Positions 31,100 to 38,767 of a stretch of DNA of 64,000 nucleotides are shown here, piece after piece. The stretch comes from an uncultured delta proteobacterium. GTDB taxonomy: Bacteria; Desulfobacterota; Syntrophia; Syntrophales; UBA2185. Location: positions 32,001-96,000 of the forward strand of contig CAVSPA010000004.1 in assembly GCA_963729715.1 (NCBI GenBank). Direction: 5' to 3'. Under the pieces are notes generated by a model, which saw only the letters and a list, made by a program, of their open reading frames with translations, searched no databases and was not told where the DNA came from. Positions within the stretch are counted from its first letter, which is position 1. Every line of letters begins with the position of its first letter. The position numbers and the translations under genes are program-made.

Positions 31100-32326
31100 A
31101 TGCCGAGTTATACGTACCAAGCCATAAATGAACGTGGAGCGACGATAAAGGGTGATATCGAGGCTGAGTCACGCGACAGCGCCTTAAACATGCTGGCTGA
31201 CAGGGGGTATATCCCGTCGAAAGTCACGGAGAAAGGGGCTGGTTTTGTCTTTGGCCAGTGGTCAAGAAGGCGGCTCAAGAACCCTCTCAAGCCTGCGGAT
31301 ATCATACTATTCACTAAACAGTTTAATTCACTGTTCAAGGCGGGAGTGCCTATAATCAGAGCGTTTCATGTTCTGGAGTCACAAACACAAAATAGTATTT
31401 TGAGAGAAGCCATCGCTTCCATGTCTCTGAACATCAAGCAGGGGTCCTCTCTTTACGGGGCCATGGAAAGACACGGTACGATATTCTCGCCATTATATGT
31501 AAGCATGATAAGGGCAGGCGAAATGAGCGGCACCGTTACAGAATCGCTTGAGCGTCTGATCTATATCATCGAACATGAAGCAAAAATCAAGGCTGACATC
31601 AAATCGGCATTGCAGTATCCTATTATGGTGACTGTTGCCCTTGTCGTTGCTTTTTTTGTGCTTCTGACTTTTGTTGTTCCCAAGTTCGCGGAGATGTTTT
31701 CCAGGTCGGGCATTGTTCTTCCCGTGCCGACGAGGATCGCCATCATGCTTTATAGTTTTTTGGCAAACTATTGGTATCTGTTAATCGTTTGCATCATCGG
31801 GCTTTTCGCCGGGCTGAGAATCTATTTAAAGACGGAAAAGGGGCAATATATGAAAGACACGCTTATCCTCAGCCTGCCTGTTATCGGTCCTCTATTCGTG
31901 AAGGCTGCCATGTCACGCTTTGCGAGCATCCTTGGAATGCTGCAGTCTTCCGGTGTTCCGGTGATGACGTCCATGAAAGTTTTATCAGGCATAATCGGTA
32001 ATGCAGCCATCGCCCGCGAGTTTGAACGTGTCAGGGAGATGATGCACGAGGGGCGTGGTATCGCAACACCTCTCAGTTCTGCGAAGTATTTTCCTGCCAT
32101 GGTTGTCGACATGATTGCCATAGGCGAGGAAACAGGAAATATAGAAGAGATGCTCCGCCAGGTGTCCGCGCACTACGATGATGAGGTAAGTTATGTTGTG
32201 AAAAGGCTGTCGGATCTCATCGGTCCGATACTGGTCGCGGGGCTTGCAGTCGTGGTCCTATTTTTCGCGCTTGCCATATTTTTGCCCATGTGGGATTTAA
32301 CAAAGGCAGCTCACACAATCAAATGA
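31100..32326 (+). CDS. pilC: Pilus platform protein PilC/MshG (GspF family)
   Basis: Two T2SS-F domains (AGEMSG, IGEETG), IKSALQYP, AIFLPM. Confidence 0.92.
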   Translation: MPSYTYQAINERGATIKGDIEAESRDSALNMLADRGYIPSKVTEKGAGFVFGQWSRRRLKNPLKPADIILFTKQFNSLFKAGVPIIRAFHVLESQTQNSILREAIASMSLNIKQGSSLYGAMERHGTIFSPLYVSMIRAGEMSGTVTESLERLIYIIEHEAKIKADIKSALQYPIMVTVALVVAFFVLLTFVVPKFAEMFSRSGIVLPVPTRIAIMLYSFLANYWYLLIVCIIGLFAGLRIYLKTEKGQYMKDTLILSLPVIGPLFVKAAMSRFASILGMLQSSGVPVMTSMKVLSGIIGNAAIAREFERVREMMHEGRGIATPLSSAKYFPAMVVDMIAIGEETGNIEEMLRQVSAHYDDEVSYVVKRLSDLIGPILVAGLAVVVLFFALAIFLPMWDLTKAAHTIK

Positions 32327-33654
32327 AGAAAAAATATATTCAAGTCAGCCTTTATATACTCATTCCTTTTACCTTCAGCGCCATCTCCCTTCTGTGGGTT
32401 GTCATGACCGATAATTTCGTTCAATATTATATGAAGACAATGCGGAGTCATACATGGTCCTTCGTGATGTGGGTCATGACCGTTTTCTTATTTACATATC
32501 TGGTAGGTCTCCTCATTACGCGGATACTGCTCAAACCGGTTATGGCATTGGTCAAAAAGGCTGAAAGTCTCCCGGCATTCTCCGAGCAGGCAGACGGCGA
32601 CGACAAGGCAAAGGGCGACGTAGAACATTACGCAAAGGTGTTTGACCAGATTGCCACGGTTTTGAGTAAAGTAGAAGCGCAAGAGTTCTTCCCCGGCATA
32701 GTGGGGCACAGCAGAATCATGCGGGAAATATTCGCGCAGGTAATGAAGGTGGCGCCCACGGATTCTACAGTGCTCATAATGGGAGAAAGCGGGACGGGCA
32801 AAGAACTTGTAGCTTCCGGTGTTTATGAACATAGCCTCCGCAGGGGGAGGCCTTTTGTAAAAATCAACTGTGTAGCCATACCGGAGAGTCTCCTGGAAAG
32901 TGAACTTTTCGGACATGAAAAAGGGGCATTTACCGGCGCCACTTCTCAGAAGATCGGCAAATTTGAAGTGGCAAACGGCGGTACTCTTTTTCTCGATGAG
33001 ATTGGCGATATGACCCTGGCAACACAGGCAAAAATATTGCGTGTGCTCCAGGAGAAGGAGTTTGAGCGGGTCGGCGGTACGGCGACAATCAAGGTTGATG
33101 TCCGCTTTGTAATAGCTACTAATAAGAACCTCGCTGAGATGGTTAAGCAGGGTCTCTTCAGGGAAGATCTCTATTACCGTATAAATGTGTTTTCTATCTA
33201 CCTGCCCCCTCTGAGAGAGCGGAAGGAAGATATTCCCCAACTTATAGAATATTTTCTTGATAAAAGGCATAAACCGATTAAACTTTCCACCGAGGCCACT
33301 CAGATTATTGCTGGATACTCATGGCCAGGTAATGTCAGGGAACTGATGAATACCATCGAAAGGGCGGTAGTCCTCACGGATACAGGGTTGATTGAACCGG
33401 TGAATCTGCCTGCAAATGTAACGGGTTTCATGAAAGATCATATTTCTCAAGGTCCGGATTTACCTGATACTCTGACTATTGACAAACGCCTGGACGAAAT
33501 TGAAAAGGGTTTGATAATAGAGGCCCTGACCAGAACCGGCGGGGTTCAGGTTAAAGCTGCTGAGCTTCTTGGCATCAATCAGCGAAGTCTCTGGCATCGA
33601 ATAAAGAAGTATAGTATCGATACCGAATCTTTTAAAAAGCTACAAAAAATGTAG
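32323..33654 (+). CDS. Membrane-anchored sigma54-dependent enhancer-binding protein; ATG 32323 overlaps the pilC stop (ATGA)
   Basis: Two N-terminal hydrophobic helices and no receiver domain; GESGTGKE, ELFGHEKGAFTGA, LFLDEIG, FREDLYYR, WPGNVREL, C-terminal Fis-type HTH. Confidence 0.9.
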   Translation: MKKKYIQVSLYILIPFTFSAISLLWVVMTDNFVQYYMKTMRSHTWSFVMWVMTVFLFTYLVGLLITRILLKPVMALVKKAESLPAFSEQADGDDKAKGDVEHYAKVFDQIATVLSKVEAQEFFPGIVGHSRIMREIFAQVMKVAPTDSTVLIMGESGTGKELVASGVYEHSLRRGRPFVKINCVAIPESLLESELFGHEKGAFTGATSQKIGKFEVANGGTLFLDEIGDMTLATQAKILRVLQEKEFERVGGTATIKVDVRFVIATNKNLAEMVKQGLFREDLYYRINVFSIYLPPLRERKEDIPQLIEYFLDKRHKPIKLSTEATQIIAGYSWPGNVRELMNTIERAVVLTDTGLIEPVNLPANVTGFMKDHISQGPDLPDTLTIDKRLDEIEKGLIIEALTRTGGVQVKAAELLGINQRSLWHRIKKYSIDTESFKKLQKM

Positions 33655-33675
33655 ATTAACCTTCAATCTTCGTAG
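33640..33675. promoter_or_regulatory. Candidate tandem upstream activator sequence for the pilin sigma54 promoter
   Basis: Perfect palindrome CTACA-N5-TGTAG (33640-33654) and degenerate copy CTTCA-N5-CGTAG (33661-33675), 21 bp apart. Confidence 0.6.
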
Positions 33676-33815
33676 TTTTTCTTTCATTTAGACAGAATAT
33701 TAGTTGAATAAAAAAATTTATATATCTATAATCATGTGGTATTAGATATGTAAAAACCGCGCGTTAGGTATCTATGGTAGCATATTTGATTATCTGCTTT
33801 AATTTGACTAAAAAG

Positions 33816-33831
33816 TGGCACGAAAGATGCT
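33816..33831 (+). promoter_or_regulatory. Sigma54 (-24/-12) promoter of the major pilin
   Basis: TGGCAC-GAAAG-ATGCT with exact GG-N10-GC spacing, 65 bp upstream of the pilin ATG; RBS GGGAGG follows. Confidence 0.85.
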
Positions 33832-33895
33832 GTTGATGGGAATAAAATTTGCGGTCTTTTAATAATGGTATGCAAATAAAAAGGGAGGTTTTAGA

Positions 33896-34348
33896 ATGAA
33901 GCTGAGAAAGCATATTCGTAATCAGAAGGGTTTTACTCTGATTGAAATCATCGCCGTTTTGGTTATCCTGGGAATTCTTGCGGCCATCGCTATCCCGAAG
34001 TATCTGGATATGAGAACGGAAGCGGTGAGAAAAGGAGCGGCTGCTGCAACTATGGAGCTGAACGCCCGTGAAAGACTGACGCTTGCACAGTGGAAACTTA
34101 AAGACGGAGTTGGTGCGTATCCCGTTCCTGATGGACAAGGAGTAGCAGGAGATGGCGGTACCGTCAATGGCCCGAGCACCGTCCTCGGACCCGATTGGAA
34201 TAATAATGTGTCAGTTTGCCCGGCTCCAGTAAGTGGTACCCCATGTGCCGCCATTACTTTTAGCGGAAAGCAGGTTGCATTTATGTGGACTCTGGCTTCG
34301 GATCCCACGAATGAACCCGCCTACTGGAGTGTTAGCGTCCAGGATTGA
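33896..34348 (+). CDS. pilA: Major type IV pilin (PilA/MshA-like)
   Basis: Class III signal KG/FTLIE with hydrophobic helix and IAIPKY; own promoter, strong RBS and downstream hairpin; one Cys pair. Confidence 0.88.
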   Translation: MKLRKHIRNQKGFTLIEIIAVLVILGILAAIAIPKYLDMRTEAVRKGAAAATMELNARERLTLAQWKLKDGVGAYPVPDGQGVAGDGGTVNGPSTVLGPDWNNNVSVCPAPVSGTPCAAITFSGKQVAFMWTLASDPTNEPAYWSVSVQD

Positions 34349-34441
34349 TAGTATTATTGGCATCTTAAAGTTGAGTCGATATTCAGCGTGGAAGACTTAA
34401 TTTAAGAGATATATAGTGCCTGCATGAAGCAATGCCTTTAA

Positions 34442-34469
34442 ATCAGGGGAGTGTGCAAGCTCCCCTGAT
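34442..34469 (+). terminator. Hairpin terminator or attenuator after the pilin gene
   Basis: ATCAGGGGAG-N8-CTCCCCTGAT perfect 10-bp stem. Confidence 0.7.
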
Positions 34470-34562
34470 CTGTTTATACTCCCTTTTGAAATGTGAAGAC
34501 AACGTCTGTTCAACAAGCCCTTGTCGGATTAATTTTTATGCTTTGTTCCCACGTATCAGAAG

Positions 34563-36704
34563 ATGCAGACGAGTGACAGCGGCTATGAATTGCATATCCC
34601 TTGGCATTTTCCTAATTTCAGGAAATACGCTTTTTTCTTTATTTCTGTCCTGATCTTGCTCCTGGCTGTTTACGGTAACAGCTTTCACGGGGAATGGCAT
34701 TTTGACGACATCCCCAATATCATCCAAAATCCCGTCGTACATCTAAAGGATCCTTCGTTTAGAGGAATTTATAATGCATTTCGCACCCGCGGGGATCTGA
34801 TACGGCCGGTATCCTATCTTAGTCTTGCCATAAACTATTACTTCAGCGGCTTTGAACCCTTCGGTTATCACCTGATTAACTTTATTATTCATTACGTGAC
34901 AGCCATTTTCTTATTCCTCTTTATCCTTAATACGCTGAAACTGCCTCTGCTGAAGGATCTGTATGGAGAGAAGGCCTACGCGATATCCGCACTGGCAACT
35001 GTCTTTTGGGCGATTAATCCCCTACAGGTGCTGGCAGTAAGCTACGTAGTTCAGAGAATGACGAGCATGACGGGAATGTTTTACATCGCCGCCATGTACT
35101 TCTATCTCAAGGGACGTACTGTGGAGGGAATAAGAAATAAATTGTCCTTTTTCTTCTGCTGCGCTGTGTCAACGCTTCTTGCCTTTGGAAGCAAGGAGAC
35201 GGCCGCCATGGTGCCAGTCAGTATTTATATCTATGATCTTTTTTTAATCCAGGGTGCGGAGAGAGATAACGTAAGAAAGAATCTCAAATTTGCATTTATC
35301 CCTTTCGCCCTAGTTATTATCCTTGCCAATTTGTATTTAAATCTGTCGACAATTCTAAACGACTACCAGATCCGTCCCTATACTCTGGGCGAGAGATTAT
35401 TAACGGAACCGAGAGTCATAATCTTTTATATCAGCCTTCTCCTTTATCCGATCAGTTCCCGGTTCACTCTCCTCCATGATTTTGATATATCCAGATCCCT
35501 GATAGACCCGTGGACGACCATGCCGGCGATCCTGGTCGTCGTATTTTGTGTTGGTTACGCGCTTACAGTCGCCAGGAAAAGACCACTGATCTCTTTCTGT
35601 ATCCTTTTTTTCTTTTTGAATCATTTGATTGAGGGATCGTTTGTCCCGGTAGAGATTATTTACGAGCACAGAAACTATGTCCCTTCAATGCTCTTTTTTG
35701 TACCCGTGGTCATTCTGCTGCTGAGAATACTGGACTACTTTAATCATAAGAAGGCAATCCGCAGGCTTTTGGTCTTCGGCATCACATTTGTTCTTGTCGC
35801 AGAGGGACACACGGTCTACATGAGAAATGAAATCTTGAAGACGGATACGGCGTTATGGATGGATAATATCGGGAAATATCCTAGGCTCAGCCGGCCTCAC
35901 AATAATCTGGGCATGAATTATATCAGGCAGGGAATGAGCGAGGCCGGTATGGGACAGTTTATAGAGGCACTACGGCTAAACAGGTATGAGAATTTTGTCC
36001 AGTTCGCAAGAACCGAAGGCAATATTGGCAATTACTACGTTAATGCGGGAAGAGATGATTTAGCTCTTGAGCACTATCAAAAGGCCATACGCATTAATCC
36101 GTCCATTGCGCAGTCCTACGTGGACATTGCCAAGATCAATCTAAGAATGGGAAATATTGATGACGCCTACACATATATCAAAAAGGGACTGAAGCTTTAT
36201 CCCTACCAAGTTGAGTATGGCGAGGTCTACTCAGTGATTTTACTGAAAATGGGAGATAACAGGCAGGCAATAATCGAGTCAAGTAAGGTGTTGCAGCGAG
36301 ATTTCAACAGGATATTTCCGCGCCTGGTTCTGGCGGAAGTACAATGGCAAAAAAAAAGCTATGACAGCGCAATACGTAATTTGAAAGATGTAGTAGAGAA
36401 GCATCCCCTGTTTGCTCAAGCATATCTTTTTCTGATAGACTTATATGACGAAAAAGGCGACAAGGACGCCCTGGAGGAGGCAGTGTCCAGCCTCATTTAT
36501 CTGAAGGGAGATGAGAAAATCGAGGACTTCGTCCGTCAATCCGCAGGCAACAAATTTTCGTCTGTCCATGCAATCGACACAGAAAAGACGTTATCAATAA
36601 TCAAACGAACCCTCATGTCACAGGCGAAGGAAATCAAAACAAGGGGCAGATTTGCTGTTTCATTAAAAAGGAAGCCACGGACAGTAGCCCCAGGGCAGGA
36701 TTGA
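34563..36704 (+). CDS. TMTC-like GT-C membrane glycosyltransferase with C-terminal TPRs
   Basis: WHFDD acidic pair after TM1, IRPVSYLS, GYHLIN, SKETA, YEHRNYVPS, about 10-11 TM segments, then LW...RPHNNLG TPR repeats. Confidence 0.8.
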   Translation: MQTSDSGYELHIPWHFPNFRKYAFFFISVLILLLAVYGNSFHGEWHFDDIPNIIQNPVVHLKDPSFRGIYNAFRTRGDLIRPVSYLSLAINYYFSGFEPFGYHLINFIIHYVTAIFLFLFILNTLKLPLLKDLYGEKAYAISALATVFWAINPLQVLAVSYVVQRMTSMTGMFYIAAMYFYLKGRTVEGIRNKLSFFFCCAVSTLLAFGSKETAAMVPVSIYIYDLFLIQGAERDNVRKNLKFAFIPFALVIILANLYLNLSTILNDYQIRPYTLGERLLTEPRVIIFYISLLLYPISSRFTLLHDFDISRSLIDPWTTMPAILVVVFCVGYALTVARKRPLISFCILFFFLNHLIEGSFVPVEIIYEHRNYVPSMLFFVPVVILLLRILDYFNHKKAIRRLLVFGITFVLVAEGHTVYMRNEILKTDTALWMDNIGKYPRLSRPHNNLGMNYIRQGMSEAGMGQFIEALRLNRYENFVQFARTEGNIGNYYVNAGRDDLALEHYQKAIRINPSIAQSYVDIAKINLRMGNIDDAYTYIKKGLKLYPYQVEYGEVYSVILLKMGDNRQAIIESSKVLQRDFNRIFPRLVLAEVQWQKKSYDSAIRNLKDVVEKHPLFAQAYLFLIDLYDEKGDKDALEEAVSSLIYLKGDEKIEDFVRQSAGNKFSSVHAIDTEKTLSIIKRTLMSQAKEIKTRGRFAVSLKRKPRTVAPGQD

Positions 36705-36816
36705 CAGGTATTACAAGAACCTTGACGATGATGGTTTTTGGTTTTCGCTCGCGCTCAGGCCCCTTCGCGGGGGCAACGAGCGTAAAGCCTCCGGCTTTGC
36801 CGGAGGATATTTACTT
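36702..36816 (-). mobile_element. Probable IS200/IS605-type end remnant with subterminal hairpin
   Basis: GTAAA-GCCTCCGGC-TTT-GCCGGAGG-ATA-TTTAC hairpin plus a second GCCCC...GGGGC hairpin; the distal 50 bp recur at 16312-16361; no transposase. Confidence 0.45.
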
Positions 36817-37065
36817 TTAAGTATTTGATGTAGACAATGGTACGGCTACAAGTTCTCCCGTAGCTTCGTTGACTATGGATATCTGGCCATTATCCTCTTT
36901 CTGCAGTTGCTCATTAGCATTCAGGAGTTCAATGCCATAGACTGTTCCGTCCGGGGCAATATCGACGATCAACTCATCGCTGATTTTGACGGATTCTACT
37001 TCTTTGCTTTTCACCTTGAAACGAATATAAGCAATGTTATAGCGCGGATCATAACTGAATCTCAT
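36817..37065 (-). CDS. DUF2283 domain protein (putative antitoxin)
   Basis: MRFSYDPRYNIAYIRF...VDIAPDGTVYGIELLNA fits the DUF2283 pattern. Confidence 0.85.
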   Translation of the reverse strand: MRFSYDPRYNIAYIRFKVKSKEVESVKISDELIVDIAPDGTVYGIELLNANEQLQKEDNGQISIVNEATGELVAVPLSTSNT

Positions 37066-37079
37066 AAATTATCTCCTTT

Positions 37080-37289
37080 TTAGAAAAACCGAGTGACAAC
37101 TGTTACTACGAGCCATGCATCAATTTCTTGAACAGCGTAAACCTCAACCTGCTTTGTGTTATAATATCGACCAAGTCTCTCACTGTTGAATGGAAAGTTG
37201 CGCCTGAATCCTGTTCGTCCATGTTTAGCGGGGAAACTTTCATCACATTCTACCGTCGCCATGACTTCCTCAATCTTTGCTCCACGTTC
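37080..37289 (-). pseudogene. DUF4258-like putative toxin, 5'-truncated by an inserted element
   Basis: In-frame ERGAKIEEV precedes the track ATG (37262). Further upstream the frame enters the palindromic element and reaches TGA with no start codon. C-terminal WLVVTV motif; paired with DUF2283. Confidence 0.6.
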
Positions 37290-37407
37290 TCGAATTCGAT
37301 AGCGAGCGCATGCCGCGTAGCGTGCTGCGGGGTAAGCGAGCGAATGACGAACGGGACTGTTCCTTAAGAATCGAAGATTCTCCGCGGCTTGCCACGGAGA
37401 GCTTCAA
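37290..37407 (-). mobile_element. 118-bp non-coding palindromic element (MITE/PATE-like)
   Basis: Minus strand runs TTGAAG...TTCGA with hairpins CTCCGTGGC-AA-GCCGCGGAG and CCGCAGC-AC-GCTACG; partial second copy at 2616-2652. Confidence 0.6.
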
Positions 37408-37435
37408 CAGAATTTTCACTGGTTCAGAGAAATCA

Positions 37436-37750
37436 CTATAAAATTTTCAGCCTCAGCAACTTTTTCATAGTTTCATAGACATCGACTTTCGCCCCTTCTT
37501 TTCTGATACCCACGGCGATGACCATAACCATTATTGTCTCTGTCTTTACCTCATAGATAACTCTATAGCGGCCGGCGGCATGGATAGTGCGGAACCTGGC
37601 AAGGTTGCCGGATAGCTGTTTTCCGTGTGTATCCGGTGACTCTTTCAAGCTTTCAATCTTGCGGGAGATGACGGTTCTTGTTTTGACATCGAGAGTGCCG
37701 AGGTATTTTTTTGATTCATCAGAGAGGATGATTTTATAGGTCAATGGCAA
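37436..37750 (-). CDS. RelE/ParE family toxin
   Basis: YKIIL...GKQLSGNL..FRTIHAAGRYRVIY...VIAVGIR; overlaps the antitoxin gene. Confidence 0.9.
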   Translation of the reverse strand: MPLTYKIILSDESKKYLGTLDVKTRTVISRKIESLKESPDTHGKQLSGNLARFRTIHAAGRYRVIYEVKTETIMVMVIAVGIRKEGAKVDVYETMKKLLRLKIL

Positions 37751-38006
37751 GCTCCTTTTTTGCAGTATCCCAATCTGTCACACGTCCGAATTTAATATCA
37801 TTCACTGCTTTTTTCAGAGATTTCATGAGGACGGGATCATTCAAGATAGCCATTGTTTCGTTCAGGGATTCGTAAAAATTCCAGGACATAAGCGCAAAGA
37901 CCTGTTTCCCCCGGGATGTTATTGATATGGTTTCATCCGGTCCGATTTCTTTGTGTAATTCATTTAATCTTCGCCTCGCTTCAGATATTTGAATTTGTCT
38001 GATCAT
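37734..38006 (-). CDS. Phd/YefM family antitoxin
   Basis: ISEARRRLNEL...ISITSRGKQVFALMS...YESLNET. Confidence 0.9.
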   Translation of the reverse strand: MIRQIQISEARRRLNELHKEIGPDETISITSRGKQVFALMSWNFYESLNETMAILNDPVLMKSLKKAVNDIKFGRVTDWDTAKKELAIDL

Positions 38007-38026
38007 TTTATTTAGCGCCTCCTTTC

Positions 38027-38064
38027 TTAAGGGTCTTTTATTTGTACATCTAAAGAACTCTTAA
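38027..38064. promoter_or_regulatory. Candidate antitoxin operator palindrome centred on TGTACA
   Basis: 14 of 19 positions pair around TGTACA (38043-38048), just upstream of the antitoxin RBS. Confidence 0.55.
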
Positions 38065-38215
38065 ATCAAGCTGAAAAAAAGACAATTAAATCGAAGCAAA
38101 ATGGGGACGTTTATTTGGACATCGCAGCTATAAGCAATACCGATTAAATAGTTGCATTTCAGCTCCTCAAGCCAATCACTTTCCCCTTGAAGTTTTCAAC
38201 GTTTCAGAATATTTT

Positions 38216-38767
38216 ATGATCATGAGACTGTTCCGAAGAAAAGCCAATAAGGACAAAGGATTTACCATGATCGAACTGGTGGTGGTTTGTGTTGTGCTTT
38301 TAATCTTCACCATGGTTGTTTGGAGTACATATCAATATAGTAATGCAATCACAGACAAATTGATAGCCGAGACGGACGGATTAAAGGTGAGCCTTCGATT
38401 TGCGCAGATGCAAGCATTTAATAACGATACGGCCCCATGGGGGATTTCCTTTTCAACTAATACAACTTACAGACTTTATGCGAATAATGTTGATGCATCA
38501 ATGACGATTCCTGTTAAGGGCCAGACGAATGATTCAGGGGACCCAGTTACGCTCGCATGTCCGCAGAACTGTCATCAATTGTCAGGAAATGTGCAAATAA
38601 CATCTACGGTGCCAATAATTAATTTTGATAAGTGGGGGAGGCCTTTAGATGGTGCAGGTAATCTTTTGACGCAGGATACGCCGATAATGCTTGCTGTAGT
38701 AGTTCAAGGTCAAGTAACTGATACGTATACATTTAATGTCAGCAAAAACACGGGGTTCATTTATTGA
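38216..38767 (+). CDS. Minor pilin (MshC/FimT-like)
   Basis: KG/FTMIELVVV; LRFAQMQA and INFDKWGRP FimT-type motifs. Confidence 0.85.
   Translation: MIMRLFRRKANKDKGFTMIELVVVCVVLLIFTMVVWSTYQYSNAITDKLIAETDGLKVSLRFAQMQAFNNDTAPWGISFSTNTTYRLYANNVDASMTIPVKGQTNDSGDPVTLACPQNCHQLSGNVQITSTVPIINFDKWGRPLDGAGNLLTQDTPIMLAVVVQGQVTDTYTFNVSKNTGFIY

Noticed and set aside
22894..32326. Type II secretion system
   Set aside because: PilM/N/O-type components and a separately promoted major pilin favour a pilus. No GspK, GspL or PDZ-containing GspC was seen. A phylogeny is still needed.
33896..34348. Electrically conductive (e-pilin) candidate
   Set aside because: By manual count the mature pilin has 10 aromatic residues (F/W/Y) in 138 aa, about 7%, with a 29-residue gap. 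That is below the roughly 9% heuristic, and the heuristic itself is contested.
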